The notes below the pieces were generated by a model. That model worked only from the letters and a program-made list of their open reading frames with translations, was not told the origin of the DNA and made no database searches. Below are positions 1-10,303 of a stretch of DNA of 54,171 nucleotides, piece by piece. The DNA comes from Deltaproteobacteria bacterium (GTDB lineage: Bacteria; Myxococcota_A; UBA9160; SMWR01), in assembly GCA_032128375.1 (NCBI GenBank), contig JAQBGU010000225.1, positions 1 to 54,171 of the forward strand, in the 5' to 3' direction. A program made the translations under genes and the position numbers. Positions within the stretch are counted from its first letter, which is position 1. Each line of letters begins with the position of its first letter.

Positions 1-1308
1 GGCGACGCTCGTGAAGCCCCCGCTTTCGTCGTAGCCGACGACGTGGCAGCCCACACATTCTTCGTCGCTGGCCTTGCCGTGTTTGACGAGCGTGTCGTAC
101 GCCCTGGCGTGCTGCGTGAACAGCCATGTCTCGTGCTCGAGTTCGTGACAGACACCGCATGCATCGTTCCCAGTGAATCCAGACTTACGCAGCAGCATCG
201 GGATCGGGGCACCCGCGAGCTTGGCCATCCGCATCCGTGCAAGGTGCTCGTCCACGTCGGCGCGCCAACCTTTCACACGGGCGGCAATTCGGCCCTGCGC
301 GTCGATGAAAAATGTGTCGGGAACGGCCCCGAATACGCCGTAGCTCTCCCTGATCGTGCCGGGGACGTCAAAAATGACCGGGAAGAAATCCAAGCCTTCG
401 TCTTGCAACGATTGCCGGACCGCCCCGGATTTGCCCGTGATCTCGACTCCGAGCAGGTACGGCCGCTTGTCCGCGGGCATCTCCGCGAGAGCAGTTTGGA
501 AAAACTTCAACGTCTCGTGGCAGTGTGGACAGGTATGCAGGAAGAATATCAAGATCACCGCTTCACCGCGGTGCTCGATCAGAGAGAAGCTCGCTTCGCT
601 GTCCAGAATCTCTCCAGAGACAGCCGGAGCGGCCGGGCGACTTCCCAGCACGGGCTCACTACCGGTATCGATTGGCGGCAGACGCAACGCTTCGCGTAGC
701 TGGCTCTCGATCGCGAAAGCCGCCTTTTGCTCTCCACCCGCATAGGCGGGTACGCCAAATATCACGTAACCCTCGGAATCCACGCCCAGCAGCGCCAGCG
801 GTTGGCGAAGGCCGAGCCGGTTGGCAATTTCGACCTGCGAGTCGTCGAGCACCGGGTAATCGATGCCGTGCTCTTTCGCGAAATCAACGGCTGTCTGATG
901 TTTCGAGCCGGTCGCAATTCCGATAATCTGGAAATTCTGCTTGCCGCGAAGATTCGAAATGCGCGTGACTGCATCCGCGATGATCGGTGCATCAGGCACC
1001 TCAGGATTGAAAAAAAACAGCAGCAATCGCTTTCCGATCAGCGACGCGATCGATAGACGCTGGCCCTCGAGCGTGAATCCGGAAAACGCCGGTAGCGGCT
1101 TTTCCTGCCTCTGGGCCGGAGCCTTGGGTTTCGAAACCGCCGTGTGGCTGGCAGGCTCTGCGGCGGTTGCGTCCGAACGGCTCAGCGTGGAGGGGCTCGC
1201 CGCTCGGGACGCGTTGGGGGCGGAGTCACTGCAGGCCAGTGAAAACGCGAGTGATACACAGAGAATCGGGGCGATCGAAGCGTTTCGGATATTCACGCAC
1301 CGCAGCAT
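1..1308 (-). CDS. Lipoprotein with two redoxin (TlpA/AhpC-like) domains and a C-terminal multiheme cytochrome c (c554-like) domain; runs off the left edge
   Basis: Not in the ORF track because no stop falls inside the window. Manual minus-strand translation of sampled segments, all in one frame: start ATG 1308 or GTG 1296, signal and lipobox ...CVSLAFSLA-C; redoxin 1 'GFTLEGQRLSIASLIGKRLLLFFFNPEVP'; redoxin 2 'RGEAVILIFFLHTCPHCHE' (517-531); heme motifs 'GNDACGVCHELEHETW..TQHARAYDTL' (145-159) and 'ECVGCHVVGY' (43-57). Confidence 0.8.
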   Translation of the reverse strand, partial: MLRCVNIRNASIAPILCVSLAFSLACSDSAPNASRAASPSTLSRSDATAAEPASHTAVSKPKAPAQRQEKPLPAFSGFTLEGQRLSIASLIGKRLLLFFFNPEVPDAPIIADAVTRISNLRGKQNFQIIGIATGSKHQTAVDFAKEHGIDYPVLDDSQVEIANRLGLRQPLALLGVDSEGYVIFGVPAYAGGEQKAAFAIESQLREALRLPPIDTGSEPVLGSRPAAPAVSGEILDSEASFSLIEHRGEAVILIFFLHTCPHCHETLKFFQTALAEMPADKRPYLLGVEITGKSGAVRQSLQDEGLDFFPVIFDVPGTIRESYGVFGAVPDTFFIDAQGRIAARVKGWRADVDEHLARMRMAKLAGAPIPMLLRKSGFTGNDACGVCHELEHETWLFTQHARAYDTLVKHGKASDEECVGCHVVGYDESGGFTSVA

Positions 1309-1404
1309 AAGAGTGCGCCACCCGCTGGGCAACCGGCTATTGGCACGCCTCCCAGCAGTCTCCCCAAAAAGCTGGACGTCTCCGGTGCGTCGACGCAGTG
1401 GCGC

Positions 1405-1929
1405 CTAGCGCCGCTCGCCGTGCAACTTCTCCCGCGCCTCGGCGAGCCGTTCCTTGAACAGTTGGTTGCCCGGCTCGAACGTCAGCGCGGTTTGTAGGTT
1501 GCGAACCGCGCCGGCGAATTGTTTGCGGGCGACATCTTGCGTCGCGAGGCTGAAGAACTGCCGGCCCTGGGGGGTCCGACCCTCGCGTGCCTCAGACTGC
1601 CGGCGTTCCCCGACGGATTCGGCAGCCGCCAGTTGGATTCGGACACCGCCGCCGCGGCTGCGCTGGTAATCATACGCATGGCGTCTCCGAGGGTTTCGCA
1701 ACACTGAGTACGCCTCGGTGACGCGCTTGGCGATCTTTTCGATCGCCAAGCCGATCTCCGCATCGAGATGTCGGTTGCCATCGGGGTGAAACGCGCGCGC
1801 GGTCGCGTGATACGACGTCTTGACTTCCGTTGGTGATGCATCGGTTCGAAGGTGAAGCAGCTGATAGTAATCGAGCTCGCCCAGGATCCGGGCCAGCGCC
1901 AATATTTCAGTGGGAGCGAGGGTAGACAC
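1405..1929 (-). CDS. J-domain (DnaJ-like) protein with C-terminal TPR-like helices
   Basis: 'LDYYQLL...EVKTSYHATARAFHPD' J-domain with HPD motif; C-terminal 'RQFFSLA...AVRNLQTALTFEPGN' resembles a TPR. Probable GTG start at 1929, 2 nt after the Hsp70 stop. Confidence 0.85.
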   Translation of the reverse strand: MSTLAPTEILALARILGELDYYQLLHLRTDASPTEVKTSYHATARAFHPDGNRHLDAEIGLAIEKIAKRVTEAYSVLRNPRRRHAYDYQRSRGGGVRIQLAAAESVGERRQSEAREGRTPQGRQFFSLATQDVARKQFAGAVRNLQTALTFEPGNQLFKERLAEAREKLHGERR

Positions 1930-1931
1930 GA

Positions 1932-3998
1932 TCAGGAGCCCCGCTCGAGATCGTCGCTTGGTGTCAGCTCCGTTCCAACCGGTTCGAACAAATCTTCGTC
2001 GCATCCTGCGAGATCGGCCTCGTCGAGGATCGGATCGGTCTTTGGTTCGTCGTCGTATTCCAGCGTGGAGAGTTCGAGTGACAGATCGAGCTCGATATCT
2101 TCGAGTGCGTCGAGATCGTCGGGCTCGGGCAACAGCTCGTCGAGTGAGCCTTGTGAAGCAAGTTCGAACGTCTGAGAGGTATCCAGCCCGGCAGTTTGCA
2201 CCGACGGAGAACGGACCGAAGTCCGTGTGTGGACCGGCCCGGGGATCCCGACGTCCCCGATCATGTCCAACCCGATCGCGCGAGAGTCCAACTCCAGCGC
2301 GGCTGGCTCCGAATCGGCGCGGCCGGCGCGTGAAGGAAGCTCGATCGAAGGGCGGGTTGCGTCGCGTCGCGAGTCGAATGATCCGAGGTTAGACGGTTCG
2401 GTCGCCACCACCGAGTCTGATGTCGGCGACGTCGCGACGCGGTCGGTTCGCCCTTTTTCGATGATCTCGTCGATATCGCCTTCAGACAACCCCGCCGACA
2501 ATGTGATTCGGGTCGAGGCTTCCTGGCCGGTTTCGCGATCTCGGGCTCGGACATCGACGATGCCGTCAGCGTTGATTTCGAACGTCACTTCGATGCAGAT
2601 CTGCCCGCGTGGCGCCTTTTCGAAACCGGAGAATACGAACTGACCCAGCAGCTCGTTGCCTTTGGCTTGGCGGGATTCTCCCTGATAGATCTGGATATCC
2701 ACCGACTCCTGGTAGTCCTTGAATGTCGTGAACGCGCGCGTCTGTTCGATCGGAACCGGCGTGTTGCGCTCGATGACGATTTCGGCGAGACCGCCCGCGA
2801 CACCGATTCGCAGCGACAACGGCGTGACGTCGAGCAGGTACGCTTCGTGTTCTGGGTTGACCAGTGATGCGGCGTGGATCGCCGCGCCGATCGCAACGGC
2901 CTGGTCTGGGTCGACGCCGGACTTCGGCGGCTGCTCGAAGTACGCGCTCACCGCATCGGCGATCAGCGGCAGACGGGTTGGTCCTCCAACCAGGATCACA
3001 CCATCGAGATCGCGGGCAACGACGCCGGCCTGCTGCAGCGCCTCGTCGCAGACCTTGAACGTGCGCTTGATCAGATCGTCGACCAGCGCGGCGTATTCCG
3101 AAATGTCCAGCCTGCGGACAATCGATTGGCTGATACCCTCGCTATCGACGATGACATCCGGGATCCGAATCTCCACTTCGGTATCGACCGAGAGCCCCTT
3201 CTTGGCTCCCTCGGCTGCGACCTTGAGCTTTTCGAGCGAGTAGCGATCGTGGCGAAGGTTCACCCCGTGGGACTGCACGAATTCGTCCGCGATGAGATCG
3301 ATCAGGCGATCGTCGAAATCGTCTCCACCCAGAAAAGTGTCGCCACAAGTCGCCAGTACTTCGAAGACATCCTCGTTGATTTCGAGTACCGAGATATCGA
3401 ACGTACCACCGCCGAGGTCGTAGACCGCGACGCGTTGGCTCAACTCCCGGCCAAATCCGTAGGCGAGTGCCGCGGCTGTCGGCTCGTTGAGAATCCGGAG
3501 CACCTCGAAACCGGCGATCTTCCCGGCATCCTTGGTGGCCTGCCGTTGATTGTCGTTGAAGAATGCCGGTACTGTGATCACGGCCTTTCTAACACTGTGT
3601 CCCAATTGCGCTTCGGCGACCGACTTCATTTCGCGCAGCACCATCGCGGAGACTTCGGGCAGCGTGAACTTCTCGTCGTCGATCGCGATCAATACGCCAT
3701 TGTTTTCGTCGTCGACGATCTCGTACGCGCAGATCGCTCTCGCTTTCTTGACCTGCTCGGAAAAGTAGTAGCGGCCGATCAATCGCTTCGCGGATACGAC
3801 GGTCCGGACCGGGTCGTGGATGATGCTTGCGCGAGCCGCATTCCCGACCTGCACGACTCCATCTTTGCCGAAGAAGACCACACTGGCGGTGGTAGATTCT
3901 CCATAGGAATTCCTCAGCACGTCTACCGAATCGCCGCGCCGGACGGCCACGCAGGAGTTGCTCGTACCCAAATCGATCCCGACCGCGGTCTCAGCCAT
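1932..3998 (-). CDS. Hsp70/DnaK-family chaperone paralog with long acidic C-terminal tail
   Basis: [60 protein letters not shown] and LLDVTPLSL motifs; start at '[11 protein letters not shown]' (3998). Confidence 0.93.
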   Translation of the reverse strand: MAETAVGIDLGTSNSCVAVRRGDSVDVLRNSYGESTTASVVFFGKDGVVQVGNAARASIIHDPVRTVVSAKRLIGRYYFSEQVKKARAICAYEIVDDENNGVLIAIDDEKFTLPEVSAMVLREMKSVAEAQLGHSVRKAVITVPAFFNDNQRQATKDAGKIAGFEVLRILNEPTAAALAYGFGRELSQRVAVYDLGGGTFDISVLEINEDVFEVLATCGDTFLGGDDFDDRLIDLIADEFVQSHGVNLRHDRYSLEKLKVAAEGAKKGLSVDTEVEIRIPDVIVDSEGISQSIVRRLDISEYAALVDDLIKRTFKVCDEALQQAGVVARDLDGVILVGGPTRLPLIADAVSAYFEQPPKSGVDPDQAVAIGAAIHAASLVNPEHEAYLLDVTPLSLRIGVAGGLAEIVIERNTPVPIEQTRAFTTFKDYQESVDIQIYQGESRQAKGNELLGQFVFSGFEKAPRGQICIEVTFEINADGIVDVRARDRETGQEASTRITLSAGLSEGDIDEIIEKGRTDRVATSPTSDSVVATEPSNLGSFDSRRDATRPSIELPSRAGRADSEPAALELDSRAIGLDMIGDVGIPGPVHTRTSVRSPSVQTAGLDTSQTFELASQGSLDELLPEPDDLDALEDIELDLSLELSTLEYDDEPKTDPILDEADLAGCDEDLFEPVGTELTPSDDLERGS

Positions 3999-4289
3999 TG
4001 CCTCACTCTGGTAGCGCCCGAACCCAATACCCGACTGCGAGAGGCGCATTCCCGCAATCTTCGATATCGGCAGATTGCGGATTCGCACAAGAGGGACGCG
4101 GGGGTTGGCCGCAATTTCGCGCACGCGTGCCCCCCCGGGGGAAGGGGCGCCAGTTGGTCCGCATCGATGCCCGTGCTAATTCGGAACGCGGGCCTTTCGG
4201 AAGGCCGAGCGCGGCGCTCGAGGCCTGGTTCCACCCTCAAAGCTTCTCTTGCGCATAGTAAGATCCACCTGACAAGTCGGAGAATCGCA

Positions 4290-5042
4290 ATGTCCGGCCA
4301 TTCGAAATGGTCCACGATCAAGCGCAAGAAGGGCGCTATCGACGCCAAGCGCGGCAAAATCTTCACCAAGCTGATTCGCGAGATCGCGACTGCGGCACGC
4401 CTGGGCGGAGGGGAGGTCGACTCGAACCCCCGCTTGCGGCTTGCGGTGGACAGAGCGCGCGCGGCGAACATGCCCAAGGACAATATCGCTCGCGGAATCG
4501 CCAAGGGGACCGGTTCCGGGGAGGGCGATGCTTATGAGGAGGTCGTCTACGAGGGCTACGGGCCGGGCGGTGTCGCCGTCTATGTCGATGTTCTGACCGA
4601 CAACAAGAACCGCACGGTCGGCGACGTCCGCCATATCTTGAGCAAAAACGGCGGAAACCTCGGCGCAAATGGTTGCGTCGCGTACTTGTTTGCCAAACGC
4701 GGCGTGTTGAGTTTTTCGAGGGTTGATGCCGATGTTGACGCGCTGATGGAGGCTGCGCTCGACGCCGGCGCCGACGACATCATCGAATCCGACGACACGC
4801 TCGAAGTCATCGTCTCGCCGGCCAGCTTCGAGGCTCTCAAGAACGCTCTCGAAGAGGCCGGGTTCAACTTCGAAAGCGCCGAGATCTCGATGGAGCCTTC
4901 CACCACGATCGAAATCGAGGGGGCCGAAGCCGAATCGATGCTGCGATTGGCCGACGCGCTAGAGGAGCTGGATGACGTACAGAACGTCTACGCGAACTAC
5001 GACATTTCAGATGCGGAGATGGCGAGGCTGATCAGCGTCTAG
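4290..5042 (+). CDS. yebC: YebC/PmpR (TACO1) family protein
   Basis: [30 protein letters not shown] and [13 protein letters not shown] motifs; GGAG RBS; usual position upstream of ruvCAB. Confidence 0.97.
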   Translation: MSGHSKWSTIKRKKGAIDAKRGKIFTKLIREIATAARLGGGEVDSNPRLRLAVDRARAANMPKDNIARGIAKGTGSGEGDAYEEVVYEGYGPGGVAVYVDVLTDNKNRTVGDVRHILSKNGGNLGANGCVAYLFAKRGVLSFSRVDADVDALMEAALDAGADDIIESDDTLEVIVSPASFEALKNALEEAGFNFESAEISMEPSTTIEIEGAEAESMLRLADALEELDDVQNVYANYDISDAEMARLISV

Positions 5043-5212
5043 TAGCGGTTCGTGCTACGGGCCACTCCGCGTTAGACTGGCGGGGATTCCTCCTGTTACT
5101 CCTCCGCCTGACAGACATGAGCGTGACTGGCTTCGCATGACTACTTCGCATGACTACGCGCGGTAGACGGTTCAGCCACGCGGCCACGCGGCAACGAGAG
5201 AGCGAGGGGCGG

Positions 5213-5881
5213 ATGCGCATCCTGGGAATCGATCCCGGTTCGGCGGTCATGGGTTTCGGTGTGGTCGATTGGAAGGCCGGCCAGCTCACGCACGTGGTCC
5301 ATGGAACGCTCCGGCCACCGCGCAGCCTGAGCGTGGCCGGGCGTCTGAGTTTCGTGTACGAGGGGGTCCGGAGTGTGATCCGGGACCACCGACCGGACGC
5401 AGCCGCGGTCGAGCGGGTATTCGTCTCTGTCAGCCCGCGCTCTGCTCTGGTTTTGGGGCAGGCCCGAGGGGCGGCGCTTGCAGCCGTTGGGGCGAGCGGG
5501 ATCGCGTTGGCTGAATACAGCGCCTCGCAGATCAAGCTGTCGACCACCGGCAACGGTCGGGCCGCGAAAGCACAGGTCCAAAACATGATCCGGCGTCTGC
5601 TTGCACTCGACAAGGTACCCGTCGCAGATGCGGCTGATGCTCTAGCGGCGGCTTTCTGTCACGCACACGTCGCCCGACTCGGGCGATCGCTAGCGCCGCC
5701 GGCTCATCACGCCGGGAGCGTCGATTCGCGAAGCATCACTTCACTGAGCACCCCTGCAGCAAACACCCCTGCAGCAAACACCCGTGCACCAACAACCCCT
5801 TCAGCAACAACTCCTTCACGCCAGGCCACGATTCGCAAGGCTACCTTACGCAAGGCAAAAGCCCGTGTGGGGCGGCTGTGA
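5213..5881 (+). CDS. ruvC: Holliday junction resolvase RuvC with repetitive C-terminal extension
   Basis: MRILGIDPG, AAVERVF, LGQARG, GNGRAAKAQV and DAADALAAA motifs. Confidence 0.95.
   Translation: MRILGIDPGSAVMGFGVVDWKAGQLTHVVHGTLRPPRSLSVAGRLSFVYEGVRSVIRDHRPDAAAVERVFVSVSPRSALVLGQARGAALAAVGASGIALAEYSASQIKLSTTGNGRAAKAQVQNMIRRLLALDKVPVADAADALAAAFCHAHVARLGRSLAPPAHHAGSVDSRSITSLSTPAANTPAANTRAPTTPSATTPSRQATIRKATLRKAKARVGRL
5750..5854 (+). repeat. 15-bp tandem array, 7 progressively diverging units, in the ruvC 3' end
   Basis: acccctgcagcaaac x2, acccgtgcaccaaca, accccttcagcaaca, actccttcacgccag, gccacgattcgcaag, gctaccttacgcaag; encodes TPAAN-TPAAN-TRAPT-TPSAT-TPSRQ-ATIRK-ATLRK. Confidence 0.85.
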
Positions 5882-6495
5882 TCGCAAGACTCGAAGGCAT
5901 GCTGCGCAGTTTGAACCCGACCCGGATCATTGTGGATGTCGGTGGTGTCGGCTATGCGGTCAATATTCCGCTTTCGACATTTACCGAGCTTCCCGACGAG
6001 GGCAAGACGATCGTGCTTCGGATCCACACCCACTCGCACGATGGCTCGATCGCGCTGTACGGGTTCTTGACCGACTGCGAGCTGGCGGCGTTTGAGTTGG
6101 TGCTCTTCGCCAATCGCGTCGGCCCAAGGCTCGCGCTGACCATCTTGTCGGGCATCGAACCGGCCAGCTTGCTTCGCGCAATCCAGACCGGTGACGCCAA
6201 GATCTTGCGCTCCGCTCCCGGCGTCGGAACCAAGCTGGCTGAACGGATGCTAGTCGAGCTGCGCGACCGAACGGGTGTACTGGCGGCGGCGCTGGCCGCC
6301 ACTGGAAAGACTCCGCCCGAAGTGGACTCGGGACCGTCAACGACCAGCCTGGACCTCGCACTGTCGGCGCTGCTGAACCTCGGCTACTCCAAGCCGCAAG
6401 CGGACCGCGCGCTGATGGGTGCAGTGGATCAAGAGGGTGACGACGCCACGCTCGAAAATCTGGTGCGCGGCTCGCTGAGGATGCTCGCGAAATGA
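5878..6495 (+). CDS. ruvA: Holliday junction branch migration protein RuvA
   Basis: [37 protein letters not shown] and ALLNLGY motifs. Confidence 0.96.
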   Translation: MIARLEGMLRSLNPTRIIVDVGGVGYAVNIPLSTFTELPDEGKTIVLRIHTHSHDGSIALYGFLTDCELAAFELVLFANRVGPRLALTILSGIEPASLLRAIQTGDAKILRSAPGVGTKLAERMLVELRDRTGVLAAALAATGKTPPEVDSGPSTTSLDLALSALLNLGYSKPQADRALMGAVDQEGDDATLENLVRGSLRMLAK

Positions 6496-7538
6496 CGTTT
6501 GCGCGCGACCAGGAGGGGCCGTTGGCCGGTGCTGTAGGACCTGGTGAGATCGCGGCGGAGGTGCGGCTGCGTCCCCAGAATCTCGAGGAGATGATCGGGC
6601 AGGATCGGCTGCGAGAGAACCTGGCTGTGTTCATCACGGCGGCGCGTCAGCGCGGCGAACCGCTCGATCACATGCTTTTCCACGGACCACCGGGTCTCGG
6701 CAAGACGTCGCTTGCACATGTCGTGGCAAACGAGATGGGTGCACAACTGCGCGTCACCAGCGGGCCGGTCATCGAACGGCCGGGCGATCTCGCCGCGTTG
6801 TTGTCCAACCTGCAGCCACACGACGTGCTGTTCATCGACGAGATCCACCGGTTGTCCGCCGCGGTGGAAGAAATCCTCTACCCGGCGATGGAGGACTTCC
6901 AGCTCGACATCATGATCGGGCAGGGAGCTGGCGCGCAATCGGTGCGCCTCGAGCTACCGCGTTTCACGTTGATCGGAGCGACGACCCGGGCAGGGCTGTT
7001 GACTTCTCCGCTTCGCGACCGGTTCGGATGGGCGGTCCGGCTCGAGTATTACCCGGCTTCCGATCTGCAACGGATCCTCGAGCGCTCCGCTCGTGTACTT
7101 GGCGTCGAATTACAAACGGATGCGCAACGCGAAATCGCCGGTCGTTCGCGCGGGACACCACGCATCGCCAACCGATTGCTGCGCCGCGTGCGCGACTTCG
7201 CGGATGCACAACGCGGGCCCGGCAGCTCGATCGACCAAGGCTGCGCCCGCTATGCGCTCGAGCGACTCGACATCGATGATGCGGGGCTCGATGGCCTCGA
7301 TCGACTCTTGATGGCGACGCTACTCGAGAAGTTCGACGGGGGTCCGGTTGGGATCGAGACGCTGGCCGCCGCGGTCGGCGAGGACCGTGGAACGCTCGAG
7401 GACGTAGTCGAGCCGTATCTGATCCACCAGGGCTTCCTCAACCGTACGCCCCGAGGCCGATTGGCGACCCGGATTGCGCGAGAGTATTTCGGTGTGTCTC
7501 AGCACGATCCACACGCGAAACAGCCAAAGCTGCTCTAA
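6492..7538 (+). CDS. ruvB: Holliday junction branch migration ATPase RuvB
   Basis: [44 protein letters not shown] and RTPRGR motifs. Confidence 0.98.
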   Translation: MTFARDQEGPLAGAVGPGEIAAEVRLRPQNLEEMIGQDRLRENLAVFITAARQRGEPLDHMLFHGPPGLGKTSLAHVVANEMGAQLRVTSGPVIERPGDLAALLSNLQPHDVLFIDEIHRLSAAVEEILYPAMEDFQLDIMIGQGAGAQSVRLELPRFTLIGATTRAGLLTSPLRDRFGWAVRLEYYPASDLQRILERSARVLGVELQTDAQREIAGRSRGTPRIANRLLRRVRDFADAQRGPGSSIDQGCARYALERLDIDDAGLDGLDRLLMATLLEKFDGGPVGIETLAAAVGEDRGTLEDVVEPYLIHQGFLNRTPRGRLATRIAREYFGVSQHDPHAKQPKLL

Positions 7539-7597
7539 CTCCGTTCGCAACCCACGGCATTTCTGGAAGGTTCACGTAACCGCAACGCAGCCGTATT

Positions 7598-10303
7598 GTG
7601 TCGCGTGAACCCCCGGTCGGGATTGGGCTCAACGGCCAGCGTAGCTGTGCCGATAGAGACTCGGGGTCTGTCCTCAACGACGGGCCAGTCCGGGAGTTTC
7701 TGTTGGCACTACTTCGAGTATTGGGTCGTCTCACGTGCGTGTCTGCAGGCCTCGTGTTGATCGGGCTGGGCGCGATTGCACTGGGGCTCGCCCACCAGCC
7801 CGAGCACGAGTTCGTCAGGATGGGAAACCATGTCGCGGCGCGCGCTGTCGTGGTCGCATTGAAGCTGGCGGGTCAAACAGAAGACGTGCGCCAATCCGCC
7901 GACGCGACACTCAACGGAGTTTTTCTGCGATTCGGTGGGGTGCCGATCGGTCTGATCCTGCTTGTCGGAGCGATCTTGCCGGGCCGCGACCGCAACCCGA
8001 TCCCGACGGAAGGGGGGGAAGGCGAACAATCCGATTTCTCCACGATTGCCGCCGAACCCAAATCGAGCGTCGCGCGCAGAATTCGCAAGCAAGCGATGGT
8101 CTTGGCTCGCAAGGGCAACCCTGTCGCTGCCGCAGAATTGTGTCTCGACAACGGTATCATGGACGCGGCTGCGAACCATTTCATCGATGCGAACCAGTTG
8201 GTTCGTGCCGCCGAGGTGCGTCACGACCAGAACCGCTTCGCCGAATCCGCGGAGTTGTACCTGAGAGCCGAGCTTCCAGAGCTTGCAGCACGCATTTTTT
8301 CGCAGCAGGACATGCACCTGGAAGCAGCCCATGCCTACCAGCAGGCTGGCAACCAGAGTGTTGCGGCGGAATTGTTCGAAGAGGCCGGCGAACACGTGCG
8401 AGCTGCAGAGTGCTACGAGCAGTCCGGCTTTCCGCGCAACGCTGCCCAGGCGTATATCAAGGCCGGCATGTGGGAAAAGGGCGCGATCTGCATGGAACAG
8501 ACCATCGCAGAGGAAATGAGCAGCTCGATCGGCGGCGTGCAAAGTCCGCAGGTAAAGAAGTTTGTCCGGATGGCCGGAAACCTGTTTGCACGAGCCGGAC
8601 TCGACGAGCGCGCCGAAGCGGTGTTGGCACGCGGCGAGTCGTACGCCGAGGCGGCCGCGGTCGCGCTGAAAAACGGCCGGAAACAGCAGGCGGTCGATTA
8701 CTTCCTCGAAGCAAGGGACGCGCCGCGTGCAGCGGATTTGATGCGGGAGCTCGGCCAAGCGGACGAGGCTGCGCGCGTGCTTGCGGAACACCATCGCGAC
8801 CTCGGTGACGACGAACAAGCTGCCGTCCACTACGAAGAGGCGGGCGAGTTACTCGCAGCGGGTGATATTTACCGCATGCTCGAGCAGTACGAGCGCGCGG
8901 CCGGTTGCTATGAGCGCTACGGAGATGCCGCCCAGGCCGCCGAGATGTTCGGGCTTGCCGGCCAGAGTGCCGAAGCTGTCATCTGTTACGAGAGAGCTGG
9001 ATTGTACGCGGAAGCTGCGGAGCAGGCAGCTCTCGAAGGAGACGAAATCAAGCACGCAGAGTTGCTCGACCGTGCTGGAAATCATCTCCGCGCGGGTGAG
9101 ATGCACCATGCCGCCGGCCGTGACGACGATGCGATAGCGGTGCTGCAGCACGTCACCCACAACCACCCCGACTTCGCCGAATCTTCGGCGATTCTGGGAG
9201 ACATCTTTCGATCCCGTGGAGAGAACACGCTCGCGATCAAGAAGCTCGGACACGCGACCGAGGGCGCCGAAATAGCACAAGAAAATGTGCGCGTGTTCTA
9301 CGGGCTCGCAGCGGCGCTCGAAGCCAATGGCGAGATCAGCGCCGCACACGAGCTGTACGAGAAGGTCCTGGCATTCGACTATTCGTTCAGCGATACCCAG
9401 GCCTGCGTCGAACGAACCGCGGGCAAGCTCGACGCCGAAGCCGAACAGGCCGCAAGCCCGGCCGGCATCTCGAATTCGCCAACTGCTCGAGCCGGCCGCT
9501 ACAAGATCGTTGGAAAGCTGGGTCGGGGAGGCATGGGTATCGTGTACAAGGCGATTGACACCGTCCTCGATCGCACGGTGGCATACAAGGTGCTTCCGGA
9601 TTCACTCAAGGAAAATCCTCAGGCTTTGAAGAATTTTCTTCGTGAAGCCAAGAGCGCAGCGAAGCTCAATCATCCCGGAATCGTGACCGTCTACGACGCT
9701 GGCGAGCACGACGGCGAATTCTACATTGCCATGGAGCACGTCGACGGCAACACGCTGAAGGAAATCGTGAGGCGCCGGGGAAAAATCTCACCGAGCGGGA
9801 TCGTACATGTACTGTCGCAAATGTGTGAGGCGCTTGCATACGCGCACGAACAGAAGGTCGTGCACCGCGACATCAAGACAGCGAACGCGATGTGGACTCG
9901 CGACCGCAAAGCGAAAATCATGGATTTCGGTTTGGCCAAAGTGATCGAGGAAGTTCGCAACCATACGACCGTGGTGTCGGGAACGCCCTACTATATGAGT
10001 CCCGAGCAGACGCTCGGCAAGAACGTCGACCACCGCACCGACATCTACTCGCTGGGGGTCACGATCTTCGAACTCGCCACGGGCATGCTTCCGTTCCGAG
10101 AGGGCAATTTGCCCTACCACCACGTCCACACCGCACCGCCGGATCCGCGGGAGTTCACAGCGGAGTTGCCACCGGTGCTCGCTGGGATCATCGCGCGCTG
10201 TCTGCAGAAGGCACCAGATGACCGCTACAGCTCGTGCCTGGAGATCTCTGCGGAGCTCAAGGGCATGCTCGACACCAGCCGGCCGGCCAGGCGTCACAGT
10301 TAG
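7598..10303 (+). CDS. Membrane-anchored Ser/Thr protein kinase with long TPR/alpha-solenoid region and C-terminal kinase domain (start uncertain)
   Basis: N-terminal hydrophobic segments; many 'AAExYExAG'-type repeats; Hanks kinase motifs LGRGGMGIVY, VAYK, HRDIKTAN, DFG and GTPYYMSPEQ. Confidence 0.9.
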   Translation: MSREPPVGIGLNGQRSCADRDSGSVLNDGPVREFLLALLRVLGRLTCVSAGLVLIGLGAIALGLAHQPEHEFVRMGNHVAARAVVVALKLAGQTEDVRQSADATLNGVFLRFGGVPIGLILLVGAILPGRDRNPIPTEGGEGEQSDFSTIAAEPKSSVARRIRKQAMVLARKGNPVAAAELCLDNGIMDAAANHFIDANQLVRAAEVRHDQNRFAESAELYLRAELPELAARIFSQQDMHLEAAHAYQQAGNQSVAAELFEEAGEHVRAAECYEQSGFPRNAAQAYIKAGMWEKGAICMEQTIAEEMSSSIGGVQSPQVKKFVRMAGNLFARAGLDERAEAVLARGESYAEAAAVALKNGRKQQAVDYFLEARDAPRAADLMRELGQADEAARVLAEHHRDLGDDEQAAVHYEEAGELLAAGDIYRMLEQYERAAGCYERYGDAAQAAEMFGLAGQSAEAVICYERAGLYAEAAEQAALEGDEIKHAELLDRAGNHLRAGEMHHAAGRDDDAIAVLQHVTHNHPDFAESSAILGDIFRSRGENTLAIKKLGHATEGAEIAQENVRVFYGLAAALEANGEISAAHELYEKVLAFDYSFSDTQACVERTAGKLDAEAEQAASPAGISNSPTARAGRYKIVGKLGRGGMGIVYKAIDTVLDRTVAYKVLPDSLKENPQALKNFLREAKSAAKLNHPGIVTVYDAGEHDGEFYIAMEHVDGNTLKEIVRRRGKISPSGIVHVLSQMCEALAYAHEQKVVHRDIKTANAMWTRDRKAKIMDFGLAKVIEEVRNHTTVVSGTPYYMSPEQTLGKNVDHRTDIYSLGVTIFELATGMLPFREGNLPYHHVHTAPPDPREFTAELPPVLAGIIARCLQKAPDDRYSSCLEISAELKGMLDTSRPARRHS

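Noticed and set aside
1340..1357. Sigma-54-like TTGGCACG element
   Set aside because: GG-to-GC spacing is off by one, TTGC is missing, and it points away from the nearby gene start.
43..1408. Plus-strand ORFs (43-699, 356-745, 727-1056, 941-1408)
   Set aside because: No recognisable motifs; they are antisense to the minus-strand redoxin-cytochrome gene.
2874..4289. 722-aa ORF suggesting a long N-terminal extension of YebC
   Set aside because: The extension is the antisense shadow of the Hsp70 gene; YebC starts at 4290 (MSGHSKW) with its own RBS.
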